NCBI GenBank assembly: GCA_046731915.1 | Contig: JBKPME010000070.1 | Location: 13,560-77,559 of the forward strand | From: Actinomycetota bacterium | GTDB taxonomy: Bacteria; Actinomycetota; Thermoleophilia; Solirubrobacterales; Thermoleophilaceae | Reading direction: 5' to 3' | DNA: 64,000 nt | Part shown: piece after piece, positions 17,673-27,137 of the stretch | Numbering within the stretch: the first letter of the stretch is position 1 | Layout: every line of letters begins with the position of its first letter | Program-made: the position numbers and the translations under genes | The notes under the pieces: model-generated | The model's database searches: none | Told to the model about the DNA's origin: nothing | Seen by the model: only the letters and a program-made list of their open reading frames with translations

Positions 17673-19058
17673 ATGGAACCCACTCTCAAGGACGCCATCC
17701 CGGCGATCGAGACCACCTGGGTCGTCGTCGCGGCTGTGCTCGTCATGTTCATGCAGGTCGGCTTTCTCTTTCTCGAGGTCGGCTTCTCGCGGATGAAAAA
17801 CGCCGGCACGGTCGTGCCGAAGATCCTCGCGAACTTCTCGATAGCGGCGGTCTGCTACTGGGCCGCAGGCTTCGCGCTCGCCTTCGGCGGCGCCGGCTGG
17901 TTCGCCGGGACCGAGGGCACCTTCCTCGGGACGACCGACCCGTCGGCATTCCCGGCGATGGAGTTCTCACAGGCGGCGGTTCCAGCCAAGTTCTTCTTCC
18001 AGTTCGTGTTCTGCGCGGTGTCCCTCGCGATCGTCTGGGGGACCACGATCGAGCGCATCAAGTTCGGCGCCTACCTCATCTACGCGGTGGTGTTCAGCGC
18101 GCTGATCTACCCCGTCATCAGCCACTGGATCTTCGGCGGCGGCTGGCTCCAGGCAAACCTTGGGATGCAGGACTTCGCAGGCTCGACGGTGGTCCACCTC
18201 ACTGGCGCGACCGGCGCCCTGGCGGCACTGCTGCTGCTCGGCCCGCGCCTCGGCAAGTACAGCGACGACGGCAAGCCGAACGCGATTCCAGGCCACAACA
18301 TGCCGTTGGTGGGGCTTGCCGTCCTGGTGCTCTGGTTCGGCTGGTTCGGCTTCAACGCCGGCTCCACGCTGGGCGCGATCGGCATGCGCTTCGCCGACGT
18401 GGTCGTGGTCACCCAGCTCGGCGCGGCGGCGGGCGTGCTTGGCGCGATGCTCGTCAGCTACCTGATCACTCGCAAGTTCGACATGGGCATGACAGCCAAC
18501 GGCGCGATCGCCGCGCTGGTCGCGATCACGGCGCCGTCGGGCTACGTCGAGTACTGGGCCGCACCGATCATCGGCTTCGTTGCTGGCGTGATCGTGGTGG
18601 GCGCGATCATCTGGATCGACCACAGGCTCGACGACCCGGTGGGCGCTCTCTCGGCCCACGGCGTCGCCGGCATCTGGGGGACGCTCGCGTGCGGGCTGTT
18701 CACGAGCCCGCGGCTGGCTGAGCTCAACGCGATCGGCGACGGAGGGCTGTTCTACACGGGCTCGTTCCACCAGCTGGGCGCGCAGGCGATCGGCGTGGCG
18801 GCGGCCTTCGCCTCGGTGTTCACCGTGAGCTTCCTGGTCTTCTACGCGATCAAGAAGGTCTACGGCCTGCGCGTGCGGCCCGAGGAGGAGCGCTATGGAC
18901 TCGACATCGTCGAGCACGGCATGTGGGGCTACCCGGAGGCGTTCATGCCGGTGCCCGGGTCGGAGTACCGTCCCCCGGCGATGCCGCAGGGCTGGCCGCC
19001 GAGGCAGCCGGCCCCGGTCACACAGTCGCGAATGGCGACCCAGCTCCAGGAGGGCTAG
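17673..19058 (+). CDS. amt: ammonium transporter
   Basis: About 11 TM segments, with the Amt signatures FAGSTVVH and AHGVAGIWG. Confidence 0.9.
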   Translation: MEPTLKDAIPAIETTWVVVAAVLVMFMQVGFLFLEVGFSRMKNAGTVVPKILANFSIAAVCYWAAGFALAFGGAGWFAGTEGTFLGTTDPSAFPAMEFSQAAVPAKFFFQFVFCAVSLAIVWGTTIERIKFGAYLIYAVVFSALIYPVISHWIFGGGWLQANLGMQDFAGSTVVHLTGATGALAALLLLGPRLGKYSDDGKPNAIPGHNMPLVGLAVLVLWFGWFGFNAGSTLGAIGMRFADVVVVTQLGAAAGVLGAMLVSYLITRKFDMGMTANGAIAALVAITAPSGYVEYWAAPIIGFVAGVIVVGAIIWIDHRLDDPVGALSAHGVAGIWGTLACGLFTSPRLAELNAIGDGGLFYTGSFHQLGAQAIGVAAAFASVFTVSFLVFYAIKKVYGLRVRPEEERYGLDIVEHGMWGYPEAFMPVPGSEYRPPAMPQGWPPRQPAPVTQSRMATQLQEG

Positions 19059-19064
19059 AGCGTG

Positions 19065-19433
19065 ATGAAGAAGATCGAGGCGATCATCCGCCACGAGCGG
19101 CTCCAGGAGGTGCAGGACGCGCTAGACCAGCTCGGAGTGTCGGGCCTCACCGTCAGCGAGGTCGTGGGCTGCGGCCGCCAGAAGGGCTACACCGAGCAGT
19201 ACCGCGGCGTGCGGGCGAACATCTCGCTGCTGCCGAAGATCAAGGTGGAGTCCGTGGTGCCGTCGGAGGTGGTCGACGAGGCGGTCGAGGCGATCGTCGC
19301 CGCGGCGCGCACAGGAGCGATCGGAGACGGCCGCGTCTTCGTCTACGACGTCGACCAGTCGATCCGGATACGCACAGGCGAGGACGGCGAGGACAGCGTG
19401 CGCCACGAGGAGCCGGTCGGCTGGGGCCACTGA
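19065..19433 (+). CDS. glnK: P-II nitrogen regulatory protein
   Basis: MKKIEAIIRHERLQEV..., T-loop GRQKGYTEQYRG, 122 aa, immediately downstream of amt. A GTG at 19062 is also possible. Confidence 0.9.
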   Translation: MKKIEAIIRHERLQEVQDALDQLGVSGLTVSEVVGCGRQKGYTEQYRGVRANISLLPKIKVESVVPSEVVDEAVEAIVAAARTGAIGDGRVFVYDVDQSIRIRTGEDGEDSVRHEEPVGWGH

Positions 19434-19454
19434 CCGGACTAGAACCGTACGGAA

Positions 19455-19487
19455 GCACGGGCCGCCGGTGGCGGCCCGTGCTTTTCT
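19455..19487 (+). terminator. intrinsic terminator after amt-glnK
   Basis: GCACGGGCCGC-CGGTG-GCGGCCCGTGC perfect 11-bp GC stem followed by TTTTCT, 22 nt after the glnK stop. Confidence 0.7.
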
Positions 19488-19726
19488 CGTCAGCAGAACG
19501 TGTCCGGCTCCAGCGGCCGTCGGTGGTTCGTCTTGGTGGAATCGGGCCGTCAGGAGCCGCGCCGATGCCCAGCAAGCGGTAGCGACTCACGCGGATCGGC
19601 GCACGGAGCTACGGCTGGTCGTGGTGGAAATTGCTCCGGGTCGTCGGCTTCGTTACCGAGCCGCCTTCACGCTCGGGGGTGCAGTGGGTGCGAGGCAACG
19701 CGGCTGCGTGCGGGCCTTGACGCTCG

Positions 19727-20911
19727 TCACGGATCAGCGGTGTTACTGCTCGGCTGCGTTCTCTGTTCGCCCGGCGCGAGCCTGTGCTCAGCGGCACCCA
19801 GGACCACGGCGGCGAAGCGCTCGCTGAAGCCGGCGAGGAAGGCGAAGAAGCCGTAGTAGTACGGCTTCTGCGCGTCGTCGACCTGGATGTCGAGAAGTCC
19901 GCTGGCGAGGAGGAAGAACAGCGCCACGCCGATGGCGCCACCCAGGAATGGCCGGTAGACGCCCAGCCTCCGCAGAAGCGGGCGCCCCAGCTCGAAGTCG
20001 ATGTTGAAGCGGCCGTGCTCGGCCCTGCTCATCCGCGACAAGGCACTGACCAGGGCGCCGATCGCTCCAGCGCCGTAGCAAATCAGGATGGTCAGGCGGT
20101 CGTCGCCTACGCCCGCCGCCCACAACAGGAAGCCGACCACCACGCCGAAAAGAGCAGCGAGCCAGACGCCGATGAGCATCCCCGAGACGTAGACGATTCG
20201 CCCCGCCTTGCTGGCGGCGCGGTGATAGTACGCCTCGCAGTCGGCAAGCTTGTGCCTCTGGACGCCGACGAGCTCCGCCTCGGCCTTCTCGTCGGGGGTG
20301 CCGTCGCGCTCGAGGAACCCCAGGAGGTGCATCTCGATTCCGAGGATCCAGCGAAGCGCGATCTGCTCGGTCGTCCCGCGCAGGACCTGCGAGACCCTCA
20401 TGGCGAGGAGGTCGCATTCGTGCAGCAGGTCGGCGATGCGTGGAGCGCCGCGCGTGGCCCAATCGGTCACTCGGTGGAGCCGGACGACATCGTCTTCGTC
20501 TCGCAGCCCAAGGCCGTTCAGGCGCGCCGGCTTCCCGGGCTGGACGGTCATCGCCACCGCCGAGGCATCGCGGGTGGACCAGTAGACCTGCTCCAGCCGA
20601 CCCTCCTTCCGCTGGAACTTCCTCAGCTTCTGCCGGTACGCCTGCTCCAGCACCGGATCGGCGGAACCATCTGAGTGAAACTTCCGCTCCCACTGGTAGT
20701 GCGCCCAGACGAGCTGAGGGAAGAGCGCTGCGCCCGTCTCATCGATCGCCTCCCCGGCGCCGTCCGACGGTGTCTCGCCTCGCGACAGCTCCTCACCGAG
20801 GGCCTGGGGGACGGCCTCGCCAGGACCGGGCTCGCGATGCTCGATCACGCCCACTTCGATCAGCGTACGGTCATGTGACACTTGCGACAACGTTCGGTGC
20901 CCGTCTTGCAC
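19727..20911 (-). CDS. hypothetical membrane protein (about 230-aa soluble N-domain and 4 C-terminal TM segments)
   Basis: GC3-biased 394-aa ORF with a GTG start. The C-terminus ...GAGAIGALVSALSRMS...PFLGGAIGVALFFLL...YYYGFFAFLAGFSERF resembles the broken gene at 25811-26999. Confidence 0.6.
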   Translation of the reverse strand: MQDGHRTLSQVSHDRTLIEVGVIEHREPGPGEAVPQALGEELSRGETPSDGAGEAIDETGAALFPQLVWAHYQWERKFHSDGSADPVLEQAYRQKLRKFQRKEGRLEQVYWSTRDASAVAMTVQPGKPARLNGLGLRDEDDVVRLHRVTDWATRGAPRIADLLHECDLLAMRVSQVLRGTTEQIALRWILGIEMHLLGFLERDGTPDEKAEAELVGVQRHKLADCEAYYHRAASKAGRIVYVSGMLIGVWLAALFGVVVGFLLWAAGVGDDRLTILICYGAGAIGALVSALSRMSRAEHGRFNIDFELGRPLLRRLGVYRPFLGGAIGVALFFLLASGLLDIQVDDAQKPYYYGFFAFLAGFSERFAAVVLGAAEHRLAPGEQRTQPSSNTADP

Positions 20912-21032
20912 GAATTGCGGCGGCTAACCCGTGCCAACCGTGCGTTTCGCCGTAAGACGCTGCGGCTTGCAGCGAAGTGGACCTGACCCCATAAGGGGCG
21001 TAGGGTGGGGACACCCGGCCCGAGGAGGCCAC

Positions 21033-21695
21033 ATGGACTCGCCCGTTCGGTTCACCCGCCCACTGCTCGCTTTCGCGATCGGGGTGCCACTCGCATGGGC
21101 GGTGCTGTTGTGGTTTCACCCGGACGTCGACCCCAACCACGTCTACGCCGATCTGCGCGAGGACGTGGTCGCCTACCAGGTGGTCCACGCAGGTACGCTC
21201 GTCTTCATCGGGCTGATGGGCCTGGCTCTCTACCTGCTGGTGCGCGACTGGCCGGGTAAAGCGGCGAGGATCAGCCGCCTCGCCATCGGGCCCTTCGTGC
21301 TCTTCTACGCCGCCTATGAGAGCGTGATCGGGCTCGCGATCGGGGCGCTCGTCCAGCACGGCAACGACGCGCCCGCGAGGCAACGCCCCGCCGTGGCGGA
21401 CACGATCCAGAGCTTGGGCGACAACGTGATCGTCGGCGATCCGGGCATCGTGGCCATGGTGGGATCGCTCGCGTGGGTCGTGGGTGTAGTAGCGGCCGCA
21501 ATCGCATACCGCCATGTTGGCGCGCCACTCCTCGCCACCATCTTGCTGGCGCTGTCCTTCATGGTGGTCTCGCACCCCCCGCCGATCGGACCCATCGGGC
21601 TCGTGTGCTTCGCCAGCGCCGTCGCTCTTCTGGGCCGCGCCCAACACGTCGCCTCGCGACTGGAAACGGCAGCACCGGCCCCCATACCCACGTAG
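21033..21695 (+). CDS. hypothetical polytopic membrane protein
   Basis: ATG at 21033 preceded by GAGGAGG. About 6 hydrophobic segments. No family recognised. Confidence 0.55.
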   Translation: MDSPVRFTRPLLAFAIGVPLAWAVLLWFHPDVDPNHVYADLREDVVAYQVVHAGTLVFIGLMGLALYLLVRDWPGKAARISRLAIGPFVLFYAAYESVIGLAIGALVQHGNDAPARQRPAVADTIQSLGDNVIVGDPGIVAMVGSLAWVVGVVAAAIAYRHVGAPLLATILLALSFMVVSHPPPIGPIGLVCFASAVALLGRAQHVASRLETAAPAPIPT

Positions 21696-21875
21696 GCGCG
21701 GAGCCTTGCGCTAGACAGCTTGCGCGAGACGGCGGCTGCTCTGGGCTCGCGCCCTCGTCCGAGAACGGCGCGCTCAGGCTCCCCAGCCAACGGCGTCCCC
21801 GGTGTCGAGCCTGCGCCAGAACCTCACGCTCGGCTCCGACGTCACGCCGGCCGGTACGCAGCCCCGTGCTATGCA

Positions 21876-22499
21876 GTGAGCGTGCCAGTCAGGGCTGTTG
21901 TGTTCGACGTCGGGGGAGTCTTGGAGGTCAATCCGGCCACCGGGTGGGTAGAGCGCTGGGCGGTCAAGCTGGGACTCGCAGCAGACGAACTCGCCCAGCG
22001 CATAGACCGGCTGTGGAGTGGTGGCGACATCGGGGCGGTGACGCTCGGGGAGATCGAACACCGAACGGCGGAGGCGCTGGATCTCGATGATGGAGCTCTC
22101 CTTGAGCTGATGAACGATGCGTGGGCGGAATATCTCGGCTCGCTGAACCGCCCACTCGCCGAGTACTTTCGGAGCCTGCGTCCTCGCTTCAGGACTGGGA
22201 TGCTCAGCAACAGCTTCGTCGGCGCGCGGGAACGCGAGCAGGACGCGTACGGCTTCCAGGACATGTGCGACACGATCGTCTACTCGCACGAGGTCGGACA
22301 CCTGAAGCCGGAGCCGGCGGCCTACGGCATCGTCTGCGAGCGCCTTGGCGTCGCCCCAGGAGAGGTGCTGTTCCTTGACGACGTGCAAGCCAACGTCGAC
22401 GGAGCCCGCGCTGTGGGGATGCGAGCTATCACCTTCTCGGGCACCGGGCAGGCGATCTCCAACCTAGAAGCGCAGCTCAGGCGGGCACACAGGGTTTGA
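21876..22499 (+). CDS. HAD-superfamily hydrolase (subfamily IA-like)
   Basis: AVVFDVGGVL (DxG variant of motif I), SNS motif II, and KPEP...LDDV motifs III/IV. No ATG is available, so a GTG at 21876 or 21882 is assumed. Confidence 0.7.
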   Translation: MSVPVRAVVFDVGGVLEVNPATGWVERWAVKLGLAADELAQRIDRLWSGGDIGAVTLGEIEHRTAEALDLDDGALLELMNDAWAEYLGSLNRPLAEYFRSLRPRFRTGMLSNSFVGAREREQDAYGFQDMCDTIVYSHEVGHLKPEPAAYGIVCERLGVAPGEVLFLDDVQANVDGARAVGMRAITFSGTGQAISNLEAQLRRAHRV

Positions 22500-22516
22500 G
22501 GACCGGGCAGCTGCAC

Positions 22517-22867
22517 TCAGCGCGGGCGATGCGACAAGACGTTGACCGTCATCCCGCTCGGCTCGCGGAGCATGAAGCGCCGAACCCCCCACTCCTCGTC
22601 GCGCAGGGGGTAGGAGATCTCGAGACCCTGCTCCACGGCCTTGGCGTGAACGGCATCGACGTCATCCACCTCGACCGATATCCCCGGCGCCGCCGGGTCG
22701 TCGTTGCCGATGATGGTCACCTGGGCCGCGGGGTTGGTGGGTGAGGCCAGGGTCACCACCCAGTCCATGTCCATCGCCACCTCGAAGCCCAGCAAGTCCA
22801 CGAGGAAATCCCGGGTCTCGGCAGGCCGGTCTGACTTGATGTTCGGCACTGCTCTGTTGATTGCCAC
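22517..22867 (-). CDS. VOC/glyoxalase-family protein
   Basis: VPNIKSDRPAETRDFLVDLLGFEV...ISVEVDDVDAVHAKAVEQG...EEWGVRRFMLREPSG. The start is uncertain (GTG at 22867 or 22888, ATG at 22954). Confidence 0.65.
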   Translation of the reverse strand: MAINRAVPNIKSDRPAETRDFLVDLLGFEVAMDMDWVVTLASPTNPAAQVTIIGNDDPAAPGISVEVDDVDAVHAKAVEQGLEISYPLRDEEWGVRRFMLREPSGMTVNVLSHRPR

Positions 22868-23029
22868 GCTTGGGGGTTCTAACGAAACGCTGCCGATGAG
22901 GCATTGCAGGCGCCGAGGCAGCGAGCGGCCGACTCGTTCAATGCTGCCGCTCAAGCCTCACGAGACGAGGTCACTCGTTACAGGCTCGAGCGAAGAAGGC
23001 GTCGAAGTAGACAGCACCTTCGTGGAGCA

Positions 23030-23474
23030 CTATTCAGCGGCCTTCAGCGACCACTGAGGCAGCCGGCTTCGGTTGTCCGTCTGCACCCATTCCTCGGCGA
23101 GTCGTCCTTCCTCGTCGTATCGGAAGATGTTGATGAGCTCGAAAACGACCCGGCAGCCATTGGGAGGAAGGAGGCCGACGGCGAGTGCGAACTCCACGCA
23201 CGAAGGTTCCTGTGATCGTGGTCTGACAGGCGACATACTCGCCCTCGATGACCATGATCCCGCGGCTGATGGTCAGGTCGTCGAACGCTGCTCGCAAGGA
23301 TGCGAAGTAGCCCTTGAGGCCTTCGTAGTCCAGCTGGGCGCCGTCCGGGCCTTGGAAGACGAAGTCTGGGGCGAAGTACCCATCGAGTTGTGCTTCGTCC
23401 TCGCCGGTCAGCTCCTGCTCGCCCACGCGGATCAGACCCCTGACGACTTCCTCGGAACGGGGATGTCGGGCCAT
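23030..23474 (-). pseudogene. SnoaL-like ester cyclase, frameshifted near 23195
   Basis: The N-part MARHPRSEEVVRGLIRV...GYFAPDFVFQGP...ITGTF is in one frame. The C-part VEFALAVGLLPPNGCRVVFELINIFRYDEEGRLAEEWVQTD continues in another frame. Joined, they give a normal ester-cyclase layout. Confidence 0.55.
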
Positions 23475-23792
23475 CACTTGTCCTTCCGATCTCGCGTCAC
23501 GAAAGCGCCGAGCGTGCTCAGGTGTGATGACTTCAGCTGAGCGGCCAGCGGTCCGGCTCCTTCCATGCGGCTCCCACCCAAGTGCCATTCTCCCCCAGCT
23601 CGTAGCTGGCGCGGCGGTGATCCTCCGCCACACCGACCGATCGTAGCCCCGTCCGTCTCCTATCGAAGCGGGCGTCTCGGGTCCCGCACCGACGACTCTC
23701 GCGTCGGACAACGGCGAGCGCGAATACACGAGCGTCCGCTCGCTATCGCTAAGCGCGACTTGCACCACCGATGGGTGGCGGACGCCCGAAAG

Positions 23793-24608
23793 CTAGGCCG
23801 AGGCGCGGCGGCCGCGGCCCGGCAACCGCAGCCGGCGGCGCCGCCCGCCGTCGCCGATCACTGAGACGACGGTCTGCGCGAGGTGGGGGCAGCCGGTCGA
23901 GGGGAACGCATCCCGCCGGTGCCGGTGGAGAACGAGGAAGAGGTCTCCGGGCGGCGCGTCCCGGTACAGGCGGCCGAGGCGCAGGCGGTCTATCGCCTCG
24001 AGCGTCGGCGTGTAGATGGCGTCGTACCAGTTCGCCGCGATCTCCGCGTTCTCAACTACGCGCCCGCGTGCCCGCATCATGTGGTAGCCGTGCACCTGGA
24101 TGTTCTCGAGCATTTCGAGGTAGTGCGCGGGTCGGCTGACCGAGACGCGGACGCCGGGGCGCGCCTCGGCAAGCCCGCTGTCCTCGAGGAAGATCCGCTC
24201 GAGCTGCCGGAGAACGACCTCGATCATGTCCGCCCCGGCCGGGAGAGGGACGCGCGCGATGAGCTCGGTCACGTCGGCGTCGATCATCGCCGCGCCTGCG
24301 CGCCGCGCGAGGGCGGTGCGGTGGTGACCGTCGATAACGAAGTACGTCTCACCGAACTTGACCGTGACGATCGGCGGGAAGGCGCCGCCCGCGAACGCAC
24401 CCTCGAGCGAGCGCAGCCGGTCGCGACTGAAAGCGTGAAGCGGGCGGAAGTCGCGGGTGAAGGCGCTGGCGCGGCCGTCTGTGCCGACGAGCGCGTCCAG
24501 CGGGATCTCGCGGACGCCCAGGTACCGGCGCCCGAACGGCTGCAGCCGCCGCTCGACCTCGTCGAGCTCGAGCAGGCGATCGCGGGAGCGGGCCCTCAGT
24601 CCCTTCAT
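23793..24608 (-). CDS. ParB/Sulfiredoxin-fold N-terminal domain protein with DUF4032-like C-terminal half
   Basis: PPIVTVKFGETYFVIDGHHRTALARRAG shows the ParB/Srx GxxR/DGHHR box. The C-terminal YLEMLENIQVHGYHMM...WYD.IY pattern is assigned from memory. Confidence 0.65.
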   Translation of the reverse strand: MKGLRARSRDRLLELDEVERRLQPFGRRYLGVREIPLDALVGTDGRASAFTRDFRPLHAFSRDRLRSLEGAFAGGAFPPIVTVKFGETYFVIDGHHRTALARRAGAAMIDADVTELIARVPLPAGADMIEVVLRQLERIFLEDSGLAEARPGVRVSVSRPAHYLEMLENIQVHGYHMMRARGRVVENAEIAANWYDAIYTPTLEAIDRLRLGRLYRDAPPGDLFLVLHRHRRDAFPSTGCPHLAQTVVSVIGDGGRRRRLRLPGRGRRASA

Positions 24609-25119
24609 CTCGAGGTCAAGCGTACAACCGGCGGGCGCCGGGGATCAGGCCGTGACGAGGCCTGCCGCACAGAGCTCTTGCCTCTGGCCCAGCGAGCATC
24701 TCGCCCGCACTGATCAAGCTGACCGCTTCCCCGCACCCGGGTCTGCCAGGTGGCCTCGTATGGGATGTCGCGACTGGTTCTGTCGGCCAGATGCCGTGCG
24801 CCACGACCGCCCGAAGCTGATTATGCGCCGGTCTCGCTGATATTCGTGGGTCGCCGAGCTGCGTCCATCACCCATGTTCACCAAACGGGACATCGATCGG
24901 CTTCGCTGCCAGCTGGAGGCACTCACGCCCGCAGTGTTCGAGAGCTCGCTGCCCGCTCGGGCGCTTCATGGCGAACGCCTCGATGTCGAATCTGCTGCGC
25001 ACCGAGATCGCGGCCACCAAGGCGACGCCCGAGGCGATCGCCAGTGCGTCTGAACCTGGGCCGATACCGTGCTTGGGTTCGCGTGTCTGTGGGATACGCC
25101 ACAGGTCCGCGGAACACCG

Positions 25120-25512
25120 TCACACCCGCGTCAACCACTCCAGCGGGAAGGGCGGCTGCGCCAACGGCCGGACGGCTAGGCGCATGAGCATCAGTGGGTT
25201 GTCGTCACCGGCAATGCGGTTCACGTGCACGGTCGAGCACGCGGTGCAGCGGTGCACGAGCGCCCACTCGCCGTCGTCCCGGACAGATATGCCGATCGGC
25301 TCCATCGAGCCGGAGCAGCCGGCCGCCCGGTCGCCGGGTACGTCGTCGTCCAGGTGCCGGCTCCAGAGGCAGTTCGGACAGTGGTTGCGATGCCGGGTGC
25401 CGGGCGCGGCCATCGGTACGTCAAGGCGGCAGTTGCGGCAGCGGAAGCTGTCCGAGCCGCGTTGCCGGGCATGGGTACGGCGATCGGTTGGCGTGCGCTC
25501 GTGGCGCGACAA
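25120..25512 (-). CDS. RNHCP-domain zinc-ribbon protein
   Basis: FRCRNCRLDVP...GTRHRNHCPNCLWSRHLDD...CSG...HRCTACS contains the literal RNHCP motif and paired CxxC. Confidence 0.7.
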   Translation of the reverse strand: MSRHERTPTDRRTHARQRGSDSFRCRNCRLDVPMAAPGTRHRNHCPNCLWSRHLDDDVPGDRAAGCSGSMEPIGISVRDDGEWALVHRCTACSTVHVNRIAGDDNPLMLMRLAVRPLAQPPFPLEWLTRV

Positions 25513-25810
25513 ACAAAACCTCCGGTGAACTTCGAGCGGGCGGGGGCGGTGGCGCCCCGCGAGGGCCGAGGGTCAGCCCTGGCGGTGGTGAGTCGTGCGG
25601 TGTCCCGTGGCGGCAATCGTCATGAATCGCTCACCTGCCCTTCCGGATCCCGGAGGTCAGTTGGCGCGAGGATACGCCCCGGCGAGGACCAGGGCAAGTG
25701 CAGCCCGCGCCGGTGAACCGCGCCTGAGGCATACTGCGACGAACATGCCGCCTCCTCGGATTCGGGCGGCCCAGGATCGCGGAGCGGTACAGACGAGGGC
25801 CTCGCCTCGG

Positions 25811-26999
25811 CTACCCGCTGTTCGTCTGTCGATTGCCCGCGGCGCCCTGGCCCTTGATGTTCTCGAGCAATCCGGCTGCCTGGCTGTCGGCGAACTGGGT
25901 GACCAGCTGCTGAGCAATGCCGAAGATCACGGCCCAGCCGAGGATCTGGGCGGAGCTGTCGAGCGCGCTGAGCCCGGGGACGAAGTCGGCGCGCCGACGA
26001 CGGCGGTTACCGCGCCGGTGGGGAGTTTGAACAGAGCGAGCGTCACGGGCACGGCATAGGGCGTCGAGTTACTGCCGAGGTTGCGCAGTGCGGCGGCTCC
26101 TGCCAGTGCGGCCCCGAGGGCTCCGAGCAGCTCCACCAGCCAGACGTCGCCGCGGGTTGCTGTTCGGGCAATGGCGGGATCTGGATCGAGGTCACTGCCG
26201 CGGCTCACCGGACCGAGAGGAGTCTCCGCCCGCGGGCAGACCACCGTGACCCTGCCCTCGGCCTCGGGGGTGAAGCAGAGCGGGATGGTGGTGGGTGAGA
26301 TCGAGCCGAGCACCCCGAGCCCGACGGCTATCAGAGTGAAGACGAGAATCCCGCCCAATAGGAGGTTGCGGAAGGTGCGCAGCCGGATGAGATCCCGCCG
26401 GCGCTGCGAGTTGGCGGCGTGCTGGGCGTTGAGCACTACCTCGCGCTGTTCGTGCCCCAGCCCGTTCCGCCGGTGCACCGCGAGATGTGGCTTCGGATTG
26501 TGCAGTATCCGCTCCGCCTGCTGTTCCGCTATGCGGTCGACGGCCTGCCGTCGTGGGTCGAATTTGGAGAGATAGCGGTTCACGTGGGCCCGCACGCTCG
26601 GCAGCGCAGCGATCAGCACCGACGGCGGGCGAGGCGAAGCAGATGCACCTCGGCGGCGTCGAGGTTGCCGAGCGTGCGCTCGAACGACGCGCCGGTCAAG
26701 CCACGCCACAGCCTCACGAACCGGCCCTTGCCGCTCTCGGCAGCCGTGCCCCCGACGACTTTCAGATGCTCGCCGATGGCGTCGAGCATGTCCTTCGAGT
26801 GCTTGCCATTGCCATTGGCGGCGATCCAAGACTTGAGCCCCTCGAGCTCGCCGGCGCGCGTGAGCATGTCCTCGCGCCAAGCAGAGGACACCGGTCCTCC
26901 GATTGGAAGCGGCGCAGCTTCGGCGGGCGCATCGCCCGGCACGCGACCAAAGTACTCTCGCCAGGCGAAGCGATCAACGAGCCGCAACTTCCCTTTCAA
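25811..26999 (-). pseudogene. membrane protein paralogous to 19727-20911, broken by two frameshifts (near 26625 and 25990)
   Basis: Three consecutive frames read through when joined: ...GNLDAAEVHLLRLA / PPSVLIAALPSVRAHVNRYLSKFDPRRQ...LFKLPTGAVTAVVGA / DFVPGLSALDSSAQILGWAVIFGIAQQLVTQFADSQAAGLLENIKGQGAAGNRQTNSG*. The stop at 25811-25813 comes from my own reverse-strand translation. The start is uncertain (TTG near 26987-26999, or ATG at 26867). Confidence 0.5.
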
Positions 27000-27137
27000 T
27001 CTCCGGCCGTCAAAGCTCCGAGGAATCGCATCCCGGCGCGGAGCACATAGGCTGCGGCCATCAGGCCCGGAGCGCCCCGCGTCGGAATTCAGCTTCCCGA
27101 GGTCGAGCGGCCTGCGCCGTGGACCGAACACCTCGCT

